A stretch of DNA of 64,000 nucleotides from Candidatus Abawacabacteria bacterium (GCA_016207805.1 JACQZO010000007.1:1964-65963), one strand, 5' to 3'; shown: positions 27,236 through 35,718, numbered from the stretch's first letter. Notes: generated from the sequence alone by a model not told the origin. Numbers and translations: made by a program.

Positions 27236-28282
27236 TTAGCGAAAACTATAAGTTCTGGCAAAATCAGCCGGGACATCACTGGTGAAAGCTATTGGCAATC
27301 CATGACTAGTAACTGCTGATACTGATAATCTGATATGTGGTAATTGCCTGTCGCGCATGATCGCTTCGGCCAATGTTGGCGGGATAACAAAAGTGTGGAT
27401 TTCTTGGGGAGCTAATTGTCTACATAATGAAGTACTACTACAGGCACCATAAGAACCTGACCCTGTAGTATTTGCACATATTTCATTTGATGAGCAACTG
27501 GTGCCAAAGTATAAACAATTGGGCTGGGCAGCATGAAGTGAGTTGTAAGCTCGCTGAGTATCCAGTGAAAAGTCGTCAGTATTAAAAGTAAGACATATAA
27601 TACGTGGATTAAGACCATTATGAATCGATACACCAATACGGGGTATTTCATGACGAGCAATGAAATCAGTATGAGGAGAAAACGAGGGGCGATAAATATG
27701 GTCTCTGCCAGGGATCAGTACCCAAGACATCCCTGAGACTGAATTCACCTCATTACTAACCGTATAGTGTATGGCGTGACGGCTATCAGTATCACTAATT
27801 AGTTTGTTGGTTTTACCAATATTAATAAACCCAGTCCAGCGTAATCTTTGGTCGCCATCCCGTGGTAAAGGTTCAACGATTCTTTCATTGGCCATTGAAC
27901 TCCATGCATCTTCGCCACTACTACCATCAGTTGTTATTATTTGGTTACGCCCAGGAGTACGATCACTAGTAAATATCAGCCTTTGCTCTTTCATCATACA
28001 ATTACCAGAAAAATATACGCGCAAAGGTACGTGAGTGCCTGGATAGGTATATACAAATGAGTTTGGTGGTACATGAGCTGATGCTCGAGGATTTCCTAAT
28101 TCCACAGCAGCTATTCGGCAATTAGTCCGATCTATATCAGGACTAGTATCCTCAGCGGCATCTGAGATTATTTCCGCATCATTTGTACTAGAGCTGGCCG
28201 AGCCAGAGCAACCTAACATAAAACTCGCTAGTAAGAGTTCACGGATAGAAAATGATGAAGAATGGTCTGGATTCTTTAGCAT
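27236..28282 (-). CDS. putative lipoprotein, unknown function
   Basis: Lipobox SFMLGC, acidic linker, Cys-rich C-terminal part. ATG at 28280-28282 preferred over the upstream TTG. Confidence 0.5.
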   Translation of the reverse strand: MLKNPDHSSSFSIRELLLASFMLGCSGSASSSTNDAEIISDAAEDTSPDIDRTNCRIAAVELGNPRASAHVPPNSFVYTYPGTHVPLRVYFSGNCMMKEQRLIFTSDRTPGRNQIITTDGSSGEDAWSSMANERIVEPLPRDGDQRLRWTGFINIGKTNKLISDTDSRHAIHYTVSNEVNSVSGMSWVLIPGRDHIYRPSFSPHTDFIARHEIPRIGVSIHNGLNPRIICLTFNTDDFSLDTQRAYNSLHAAQPNCLYFGTSCSSNEICANTTGSGSYGACSSTSLCRQLAPQEIHTFVIPPTLAEAIMRDRQLPHIRLSVSAVTSHGLPIAFTSDVPADFARTYSFR

Positions 28283-28321
28283 ATACTTAATGGAGCTTAC
28301 AAATGTAGAGAACAATATTTC

Positions 28322-28984
28322 TTAATCAGAATACTGGCGTACGCTGTTTTTGAAAGCAGCATATGCATCTCTATATTTGGCATAAGCGTCATTGTTCTTA
28401 TATTTAATACCGAACACATGATGTAAATCACTACCAGTGCCAATTTGCTCTTTGATAGATATTAGTGAACGATAATAGGAGCTATCTTTTGCTTTAATAG
28501 TGAGCCAACGAATTGTTTTGTCACCAAATTGCCCAGGATAGTCGTTCTCTTTCCTAGTTTCAGTTTTTTCACTCACTTGTTCTTCAGTATTACTAATATT
28601 TAAATAGTTTTCTGGATTGCCTCCCCAAAGAGGAGAAAAGACAAAGAACTCTACCGTGCTATCTGGTGAAGTAAAATATGCCTCATCAGTTTGAACAGAA
28701 GTTATTGCATTAGTTTTATTTGTCGGTGAAGTAGGCCTAGGGATGAAGTTGCTAGGATATTTGATATCAAACCATGATCCTCGATACAAAGTGACACCAG
28801 CTTGTGTTGGCATGGGACTTTGAGTAACTATATCGCTTTGCTTCTTTACTTCAGGAACTGTTTGCGTTTGAAGTTCCTCAACTGCTTGAGGTAATGGAGA
28901 TAAAGAGACTTTTGATTGCGGTTGGCAACCAGCAATCACTAATAGAGAAAAGCACATTGAGAGTGATACCAAAGCTTTTTTCAT
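28322..28984 (-). CDS. putative lipoprotein, unknown function
   Basis: MKKALVSLSMCFSLLVIAGC signal/lipobox. Confidence 0.55.
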   Translation of the reverse strand: MKKALVSLSMCFSLLVIAGCQPQSKVSLSPLPQAVEELQTQTVPEVKKQSDIVTQSPMPTQAGVTLYRGSWFDIKYPSNFIPRPTSPTNKTNAITSVQTDEAYFTSPDSTVEFFVFSPLWGGNPENYLNISNTEEQVSEKTETRKENDYPGQFGDKTIRWLTIKAKDSSYYRSLISIKEQIGTGSDLHHVFGIKYKNNDAYAKYRDAYAAFKNSVRQYSD

Positions 28985-29096
28985 AAAATGGCTCGAGATT
29001 ATTAAAAGTTGTTAGCATATCATAGCTTTAGCTTGATCGCCAAATAACTTTACGGAACGTTATTTAATGTTAAGCTCCAGACAATAATAAATTTTT

Positions 29097-29714
29097 ATGC
29101 AAGACTTCTCTGATCAAGCTATTCAATCCATGGTGCATTTTTTGTTTGAAATGGGTCTTTTGGCTCGTACGCCTCGTAGTGGTCTTTGGTATTTGGGCAC
29201 TGGCAAACAGAGCGTGGCTGAACATATCAATAGAGTTTCATATATAGGTTTGACCTTGGCAAAAATGGAGGGGGATGTGGATGTAGCTAAGGTAATGCAA
29301 ATGTGTCTTCTACATGATATATCTGAGGTGCGGACTGCAGATCTTAACTATACCCATCAAAAGTATGTGAAAGTAGATGAAGAAAAAGCATTGAAAGACT
29401 TAACAGACACCTTGCCTTTTGGTGACTATATCCAAGAAGTTTTACATGAATATCATGCTCGGGTAACTAAAGAATCAATACTAGCAAAGGATGCTGATAA
29501 TTTAGAATTATTATTAACTCTCAAAGAACAATTAGATTGGGGTAATAGTAGAGCTGGTGAGCGACATTGGCTTCATACCACGGCTGTTAGAGTGAAATCC
29601 GATTCGGCAAAAAAGTTAGCTGAAAAAATTATGGCTACTCATGCAGACAATTGGTATGTAAGTAAAATTAAAGAAGAGTGGTTTATCAACAGAACGAGTG
29701 ATGACCAAACATGA
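29097..29714 (+). CDS. HD domain phosphohydrolase (YfbR-like 5'-nucleotidase type)
   Basis: H..RVS...LLHDISEVRTADL (H...HD...D metal ligands) in a ~200-aa protein. Confidence 0.7.
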   Translation: MQDFSDQAIQSMVHFLFEMGLLARTPRSGLWYLGTGKQSVAEHINRVSYIGLTLAKMEGDVDVAKVMQMCLLHDISEVRTADLNYTHQKYVKVDEEKALKDLTDTLPFGDYIQEVLHEYHARVTKESILAKDADNLELLLTLKEQLDWGNSRAGERHWLHTTAVRVKSDSAKKLAEKIMATHADNWYVSKIKEEWFINRTSDDQT

Positions 29715-29779
29715 GAATAAGACTGAAGAAGATGAACTCTGAGGCGCAAACTAACGACAGAGAGTAGTGATTAAACACT

Positions 29780-30913
29780 TTAACTCACCCCTCGTCGTTT
29801 TTTTAACTTACGAGAAAATGCTTTGAAAGCCAAATTTTCTAGGAAGCACTCAAAAGCTTTTGTTGGTAAACCCTTGAATATATCTGGTTTATCAGGAACT
29901 CTTCCATGATCATGCACATGTCCTCTAAGTAATGAGTCCAAGTTTGGCTCATTGCCAATTAAACTGTAGTCAATACCACCTGGAATTATTTGAGGATTCA
30001 CTCCTGCAACTTGTTCTAAACGAATAGTTTCCATTACTAAATCATCACGTAATCTCTCCGGGGAATACCGCCAACTTACCCAATTGCTAATAGTATCGAA
30101 TGATACATCAGCAAATGCTGTGCTGGTTTCAATAGTATCTGAGCCAGGAACATGAATTGCCATAGCAGTAATAACTCTCACACATGTAGCTAAATATCTG
30201 CGACTATACATATAATCTAACAACCAACGTTTTCGATGACTTTGCTTTTTCCACCAATCTTCTCCATCTTGATTATGAAAAAGTTTTCGTTCAAGGCCAA
30301 AACCGGCACTTTTAGTAAGAACAGCATCAATAAATCGCATACTACTATATCCCTGCATCATTATACGAAATAGTTCTTCAATTTGATCTGCAGCTTTTTC
30401 CAGAGATCGAGGCTTATGAAAAACAACATGACTGATTGGTGCTAATAAATCTAAATCACTAATGCTCCCCATTTCAGTAAGGAGGCGAGCTATCTTTGTT
30501 TCTGCAAGATCTAAATCTCCTAAGCGTTTAAAAACTTCGTCATCCCGAGAATCTAGTACATCTGTATAACAACCATTAACTTTTGGTAAAACCGTAGTCG
30601 CTAAAGGTACAGTATCTAAGCCAACCACCATTCGAGTGGCCGCCTCTGGATGATTATCCAATACCCAACGAACTTTTTCTCTTGCAATCATAGTTACACT
30701 TCCCCAATTTTCAGCATCACATAGTCCTTCATCCATAATGTTATTCCAAGCAGCTCTTTCAATGTGATCTGGTACTGATACTGTTTCTACCTCTCGGTTT
30801 AAAATTATTGCCAATCTTTCTCTCCGAAAAGAAGCTCCTGATGCCAATAATGGACCACGTTTTGACCAGTCGGTAATAATATCTCTAGTATCAGGATGTA
30901 AATCAGCTAGCAT
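29780..30913 (-). CDS. hypothetical protein (377 aa)
   Basis: Long ORF with no recognisable motif. Divergent from the Cys-rich gene. Confidence 0.5.
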   Translation of the reverse strand: MLADLHPDTRDIITDWSKRGPLLASGASFRRERLAIILNREVETVSVPDHIERAAWNNIMDEGLCDAENWGSVTMIAREKVRWVLDNHPEAATRMVVGLDTVPLATTVLPKVNGCYTDVLDSRDDEVFKRLGDLDLAETKIARLLTEMGSISDLDLLAPISHVVFHKPRSLEKAADQIEELFRIMMQGYSSMRFIDAVLTKSAGFGLERKLFHNQDGEDWWKKQSHRKRWLLDYMYSRRYLATCVRVITAMAIHVPGSDTIETSTAFADVSFDTISNWVSWRYSPERLRDDLVMETIRLEQVAGVNPQIIPGGIDYSLIGNEPNLDSLLRGHVHDHGRVPDKPDIFKGLPTKAFECFLENLAFKAFSRKLKKRRGVS

Positions 30914-31114
30914 TTAATCTAAAAATAGAGAGGTATTTATACCATGGCTTCTTGGGCGTGTCCACGTTACTGTCTAGCTGAACCAGATGAGTTTAGTTCT
31001 TAAGCTAAACAACTCATGTAATTTTATTAGGTAACACTAACCATAAGTACTGCCTAATGATCTGTTTGGTTTCGCGCTTAATTAGTACTATTCTTTTCCT
31101 GTTAAAAGATTCCT

Positions 31115-32650
31115 ATGGAAACTGTTCGTATACGTGACAAAAAGACTTTTTCTATTTTGCCTGCTGAGCAGCAATATTGTGAGCAACGCCGGATTCCTTT
31201 AGCACAAGTCACTCCTTTAGAAGGTTTTAGGGAAATGTTCGCCTTTAGAAATGAAACAACTTTGTTCAATCGTATCTGTGATAAAAGTGGTCGAGATATC
31301 ATTAGTATTCACCGACCAAATACAGCCTTCCCAGTGTATGCTCAAGATATTTGGCTTAGTGAAGATAATGATCCCCTGCAATACGGCCGACCATATGACT
31401 TCACTAAACCTTTTTTCCAACAATTCTTTGAGCTTTCTAATACTGTCCCTCGTGAAGCTCAATTAACCCTCAATGCTGAGAATAGTCCCTATGTAAATAT
31501 TAATGTGAATGTAAAGGACTGTTATTTTACTTTCAACTGTCTCAATAGTCAGGAATGCATGTATGGCAATAAAGTCTATTCCAGTAGGGATTGTATAGAT
31601 AATATCTATATTTCTAACTGTGAGCTCTGCTATGAATGCATCAACTGTCATGGTTGCTATGATCTCAAGTGGGCACAACATAGCTTCAATTGCAGAAACT
31701 CCCTGTTTCTTTATGGCTGTCGTAATTGCTCGGATTGCTTTGGTTGTGTTGGCCTAGAACATAAACAATTTTGTCTGTGGAATCAGCAATATACACCTGA
31801 AGAATATAAAACCAGAATAGCAAAGCTTTTTACCGGCAAATGGTCAGAGCTGGTTACATTGCAGCAACAGTTTGTGGAGCTCATAGCATCTTCAGGCTAT
31901 GTATATAATTCAAATGTGAATAATGTAGATTGTACTGGTGAATATATTGATAATTGTAAAGATTGCACCAACAGTTTCATCACTAAAAATAGTGATCATG
32001 TTAGTGACTCATTTAACATGCAAAACTGCAAAGACTGTATGCGTAGTAGTTTTATCTTTGATGGTCAATTCATTTATCGAAGCTTTGCCATGAGTAAGGG
32101 ACCATACAATTGTCAGTTTTGTTATATGTCTCCAGGGCTTGCGGAAAGTCAGTATTGTGCGTATGTATTTCACTCGGAAAAAATGTTTGGGTGTATCGGT
32201 TTCCCTCGCAGATCTGCCTATTGTATTCTGAATAAACAGTATAGCAAAGAGGAATATGAAAATTTATTGCCCCGAATTATTACTCATATGAAAACAACAG
32301 GAGAATGGGGACAATGGTTTCCGCTCTGGATGAGCGACTTTCCTTATAATGATACACTAGCTCAAGAGTATTTTCCGCTTACTCCTGAACAGGCGCAGCT
32401 TATTACTGCTCGATGGAATACCAATAAACACTATCCAGTTACAGAAAAAGTCAACACAATTCCAGATGATATCCATTCAGTTACAGATAGGATACTGGAT
32501 GAAGTATTACAAGATCATACTAATAAACGGGCTTATAAACTACAAAGAAAAGAACTCGAGTTTTATAGAGAGCATACTATTCCAATACCTCGTGAATGTT
32601 TTGATAGTAGAAATCTGAGACGCTCTAAAGCATTGATTGCTTTTCAATGA
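31115..32650 (+). CDS. conserved Cys-rich protein of unknown function with internal duplication
   Basis: The N-terminal FRNETTLFNRICDKSGRDIISIHRPN..FPVY....W.SE.NDPLQYGRPYDF..PFF.QF and the C-terminal ELEFYREHTIPIPRECFDSR match a family I recall as uncharacterised. There are two CxxC-dense modules, each ending in C[LI].N[QK]QY[TS].EEY. Confidence 0.6.
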   Translation: METVRIRDKKTFSILPAEQQYCEQRRIPLAQVTPLEGFREMFAFRNETTLFNRICDKSGRDIISIHRPNTAFPVYAQDIWLSEDNDPLQYGRPYDFTKPFFQQFFELSNTVPREAQLTLNAENSPYVNINVNVKDCYFTFNCLNSQECMYGNKVYSSRDCIDNIYISNCELCYECINCHGCYDLKWAQHSFNCRNSLFLYGCRNCSDCFGCVGLEHKQFCLWNQQYTPEEYKTRIAKLFTGKWSELVTLQQQFVELIASSGYVYNSNVNNVDCTGEYIDNCKDCTNSFITKNSDHVSDSFNMQNCKDCMRSSFIFDGQFIYRSFAMSKGPYNCQFCYMSPGLAESQYCAYVFHSEKMFGCIGFPRRSAYCILNKQYSKEEYENLLPRIITHMKTTGEWGQWFPLWMSDFPYNDTLAQEYFPLTPEQAQLITARWNTNKHYPVTEKVNTIPDDIHSVTDRILDEVLQDHTNKRAYKLQRKELEFYREHTIPIPRECFDSRNLRRSKALIAFQ

Positions 32651-32967
32651 GGTGTCGATGCAACTTGAAGTTTGATACCTAGACCAATTAGCATTACCAT
32701 TTTGCTGAATAGCAAATTTTATTTGATTAATGCAGTGGTCAAATGAAAGTTATTTTTAGCAATCCTTTCACAATCTGCATTGCAATATACTAAGATGTCC
32801 TAGAGCTTTGCAAGGTATCGCAAGATATCCTGATGTACCTTTGATTGCGCCAAGAAATCTACTAGAAAAGGTCTTGAAGAGAATCGGTTAATTAGTAGTT
32901 GTGCTATTTGCTCAGTAATCCAGCATGCCACAATTGCAGTATGTCCCTGACGTAATGAAAGGGGAAC

Positions 32968-33213
32968 CTAATATTGCAATATCCTTTTCTTTAAAACAGC
33001 CTTCCCTGAACCAGTCTTAAAATAGCTCTCTAACTTATGTACCTGCACTTCAGTCGGCAAAACAATATAACCAACAAGTCCTAATGGTCGGTAATGTTTG
33101 GTGGATTGGACATTGCCATCAGTATGTTGCTGTAGTCTTCTTTTCAGATTGCCGGTTGAGCCAATATATAGAAAATCTGATTGCTGACTTTTGAGGAAGT
33201 AAACAAAAAACAT
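32968..33213 (-). CDS. GIY-YIG nuclease family protein (small stand-alone, YhbQ-like)
   Basis: FFVYFLKS...DFLYIGSTGNLKRRLQQH is the GIY...YIG...R motif. 81 aa. Confidence 0.8.
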   Translation of the reverse strand: MFFVYFLKSQQSDFLYIGSTGNLKRRLQQHTDGNVQSTKHYRPLGLVGYIVLPTEVQVHKLESYFKTGSGKAVLKKRILQY

Positions 33214-33352
33214 AGATAAAGATTAAGCTCTATCTAGTGTAGTGGAGGAAAAATGAAACTTTGGTTCACCTGCTTATTTGTTGAGAATATAAAAAGCTAG
33301 CTCAGTAGTGAGCTGTAAATGATCATTAGGCATTCTTGCATGCCGTGGCATT

Positions 33353-33486
33353 GCCTGCGCGCTAATCGCGACTTCGGCAGCCTAGCACTGCGCTGACTCA
33401 GCGGAGAGCAATGTCTTCAAACAAACAGACATGTAAAACTACCCTTCAGAGATGGCCCCGCCAGCCGAAGCTCTCCGAGCGCAGGC
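33353..33486 (-). ncRNA. GC-rich structured element, copy 1, starting directly after the CCA of tRNA-Val (class unknown)
   Basis: Roughly four-fifths identical by eye to 35148-35287, with 36 nt next to the tRNA showing 1 mismatch. Terminal inverted repeat GCCTGCGC/GCGCAGGC. Internal hairpins show compensatory differences between the copies. The strand is assumed from the tRNA orientation. Confidence 0.5.
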
Positions 33487-33562
33487 TGGTGGACAGTACA
33501 GGACTCGAACCTGTGACCCTCTCGGTGTAAACGAGATGCTCTACCAACTGAGCTAACTGTCC
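33487..33562 (-). tRNA. tRNA-Val (anticodon UAC), CCA encoded
   Basis: Reverse complement: GGACAGT TA GCTC AGTTGGTA GAGC A TCTCG TTTACAC CGAGA GGGTC ACAGG TTCGAGT CCTGT ACTGTCC A CCA. Confidence 0.9.
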
Positions 33563-33598
33563 TTGAAATATCTAAAATTACACTTTAAACACGGGTGC

Positions 33599-33627
33599 AC
33601 TATAACGATGTTTAAATTAGCTGACAA
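33599..33627 (-). promoter_or_regulatory. sigma70-like promoter upstream of tRNA-Val
   Basis: Minus strand: TTGTCA (33622-33627), a 17-nt spacer, then TATAGT (33599-33604), 36 nt before the tRNA 5' end. Confidence 0.4.
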
Positions 33628-33700
33628 GTATTTTTAAATCCAGGTTTATTCACATGATAAATAAGGCTTTGCGAAAACAAAAGCTTGGGTTTAAAGCTTT

Positions 33701-34342
33701 TTACATTGCCTCAACAAATTGTCGCTTGAGCTTTCTTTGTTTGAGCTTGACTGCCAGAGCTGGAATGCCAAAAAAAGCGCTACTTCCTATCACCAAACTA
33801 GCGGGAACAAAATTTCCCACCATCATGATAGTTAGAAATGCCATTTCACAGTAAAAAAGTGGGTGATGAAGATAAAACGCCATCCAGTCATTACCTTGCT
33901 TTTTTACATACTGTGCTAACTGACGACGAGAATGTTTAAGAAAGAAGCCACGCATGCTGATATCAAATGGCCACAGAAGTGGTACTCCGCCTACCCACAC
34001 CATATCCATGATAATATGACTAAATACACCAATACTTACTAGCACTACAACCTGATATAGTAATACACTACCGGTGAGTAGTGAAATCAATAGTAAAGGT
34101 ATGAGTATGGCCAAATAGAACAGTGGAGCGTGCATGAATGTCTGTCTATGATTGACTGCATCTGCAGTGAATATGGTATTTTTACGCTTTTTGAAAAGCA
34201 TGTAATACAGCAAATCAAAATCAGGCAAAGCTCCGGCAACAAATCCTAGAGCAAAAAGCCATTTATTATTGCTTACATTCCAACGGTTGAGGAAATAGGC
34301 TGTGGTGGCTGCTGTTGTTACTACATGCGTAGGAAACATCAT
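33701..34342 (-). CDS. YdjM-like membrane-bound metal-dependent hydrolase
   Basis: MMFPTH..., GALPDFDLL, HRQTFMHAPLF, FSHIIMD. These His/Asp motifs embedded in TM helices are typical of the YdjM (DUF457) family. Confidence 0.6.
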   Translation of the reverse strand: MMFPTHVVTTAATTAYFLNRWNVSNNKWLFALGFVAGALPDFDLLYYMLFKKRKNTIFTADAVNHRQTFMHAPLFYLAILIPLLLISLLTGSVLLYQVVVLVSIGVFSHIIMDMVWVGGVPLLWPFDISMRGFFLKHSRRQLAQYVKKQGNDWMAFYLHHPLFYCEMAFLTIMMVGNFVPASLVIGSSAFFGIPALAVKLKQRKLKRQFVEAM

Positions 34343-34404
34343 AACAATTTTGCTAACAAAAACGATCAAAGCCAGGCTATCATAACTAAACTATTGTGCC
34401 CAGT

Positions 34405-35067
34405 TTACAAGGCATCTTTTTTGTCACCTAATATTTCTTGTAAACTAAAAATATCCTTTCCTACCCACTCGACAGAAATACATTCCAAAAGGAACTCTTC
34501 TCCTGCTGAACCTGGATTGTAAAGTGGATCACCACACAAAGGATTCCCAATAGCAGCCAAATGTACACGTATTTGATGACGCGCACCCTGAGTAATAGCT
34601 ATTTCTAGTAGCGTATTTCCCCCAATTAATTTAACTACTCGATAATCCGTAATAGAGTCTCGCCATTGTCCCCTCTTTTTCTGTCCCGCATCTTTATAAA
34701 CAATCATTCGTGACTTCTTGGTGGGATGATGCGCAATTGGCCAATCGATGTAACCAGCAGCTCTTTCCATATGTCCCAACACTTTGGCAAGGTACTTCTT
34801 CTTAATTTTTCCCTCATCTGCTGCTTTGATGAATGATTTGAACGCTTGATCATTGCAAGCAAACAAAACCAAGCCTGAAGTAATAGTATCAAGTCTATAC
34901 AATAAACCTCCTTCACCCACCTTAAATCCATTCACTTGAGATAATTCAGGAAATTGAACAAGTACCTGTTCTACCAATGAATCCGGCTTTTCTCCTGGCG
35001 TGGTTGGTACATTAGCAGGTTTATATACCATTAAATAGTCGCCTTTCTTTTTGTATTGTAATACCAC
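34405..35067 (-). CDS. RluA family pseudouridine synthase (no S4 domain)
   Basis: YLMVYKPANV, the catalytic-loop LYRLDTITSGLVLFA (HRLD..TSG variant), KKYLAKV, and GARHQIRVHLA. GTG start. Confidence 0.8.
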   Translation of the reverse strand: MVLQYKKKGDYLMVYKPANVPTTPGEKPDSLVEQVLVQFPELSQVNGFKVGEGGLLYRLDTITSGLVLFACNDQAFKSFIKAADEGKIKKKYLAKVLGHMERAAGYIDWPIAHHPTKKSRMIVYKDAGQKKRGQWRDSITDYRVVKLIGGNTLLEIAITQGARHQIRVHLAAIGNPLCGDPLYNPGSAGEEFLLECISVEWVGKDIFSLQEILGDKKDAL

Positions 35068-35147
35068 TAGAAAATTTTAAGTATTCCAAGAATAAGGAAG
35101 ATTCATGGGAAATACAAACAATAAAATATTCTTAGGCAACATGGCTA

Positions 35148-35287
35148 CCTGCGCGTCGCATGAACGACGACTTCGGTCGCCTAGCACTGCGCTGGCTCAG
35201 CGGAGTGCATTATCTGCGAACAAGCAGACATGGCAAACTAAGCCTATCAGTGATGGCCGCGCCAGCCGAAGCTCTCCGAGCGCAGGC
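35148..35287 (-). ncRNA. GC-rich structured element, copy 2, starting directly after the CCA of tRNA-Leu (class unknown)
   Basis: Homologous to 33353-33486 (see that entry). The track ORF 35105-35413 (+) is an artefact of this GC-rich block. Confidence 0.5.
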
Positions 35288-35373
35288 TGGTGCTGTGGAG
35301 AGGACTTGAACCTCCACCCCCTTGCGAGGACCAGCCCCTCAAGCTGGCGTGTCTGCCATTCCACCACCACAGC
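35288..35373 (-). tRNA. tRNA-Leu (anticodon GAG), long variable arm, CCA encoded
   Basis: Reverse complement: GCTGTGG...CCAGC TTGAGGG GCTGG TCCTCGCAAGGGGGT GGAGG TTCAAGT CCTCT CCACAGC A CCA. Confidence 0.88.
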
Positions 35374-35378
35374 ATGTC

Positions 35379-35412
35379 AATTACTAATTCCCAATTACGA
35401 ATTACTAATTTG
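35379..35412. repeat. degenerate heptanucleotide array (CAATTAC TAATTCC CAATTAC GAATTAC TAATTTG)
   Basis: Direct reading. It lies between the rplU stop and the tRNA-Leu 5' end. Confidence 0.8.
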
Positions 35413-35424
35413 AGGGGAGGGATA

Positions 35425-35718
35425 TTACCAGGCTAGAATCTCTACTGCTGTGTATTGTTGTCGATGACCCTTTTTTCTCATATATCTCTTGCGACGTAAC
35501 TTTTTGAAGACTAGTACCTTATCTCCTTTGCCATGCTCCAAAATCTTACCTTTGACTTCCGCCTTGGGAGCTAAATCCAACTTTTCACCATCTACGATAG
35601 TAATGGCGTTACCAAAAGAAACAATATCACCAACTTCACCTGCGAGTTTTTCGATCTCGATTACTTCGCCGGGCATTACTTGTTCTTGTCTACCAGAGAC
35701 ATGGATAACTGCGTACAT
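35425..35718 (-). CDS. rplU: 50S ribosomal protein L21
   Basis: MYAVIHVSGRQEQV.PGEVIEIEKL....GD...F......V.....L....V.GKILEHGKGDKVLVFKKLRRKRYMRKKGHRQQYT. Start trimmed to MYAVI. Confidence 0.9.
   Translation of the reverse strand: MYAVIHVSGRQEQVMPGEVIEIEKLAGEVGDIVSFGNAITIVDGEKLDLAPKAEVKGKILEHGKGDKVLVFKKLRRKRYMRKKGHRQQYTAVEILAW

Noticed and set aside
33353-33486. Assignment of the tRNA-trailing element to a known RNA class (SRP/4.5S, 6S, tmRNA, RNase P, 5S, hammerhead)
   Set aside because: By eye I could not find the hallmark motifs: the SRP domain IV GGAA/AGCA, the tmRNA tag or acceptor, the RNase P GGAAAGUCCGG, or the hammerhead CUGAUGA...GAAA. This cannot be excluded without a covariance-model search.
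33353-35287. The two GC-rich elements as attL/attR of an integrated mobile element
   Set aside because: The similarity starts after the CCA and excludes the tRNA body. The two tRNAs are different. The intervening genes (YdjM-like hydrolase, RluA, tRNA-Val) are housekeeping-like and there is no integrase.
35105-35413. 102-aa + strand ORF from the track
   Set aside because: It is entirely composed of the antisense of tRNA-Leu plus the GC-rich tRNA-trailing element. Its Arg/Ala/Ser-rich translation is a GC artefact and there is no start context.
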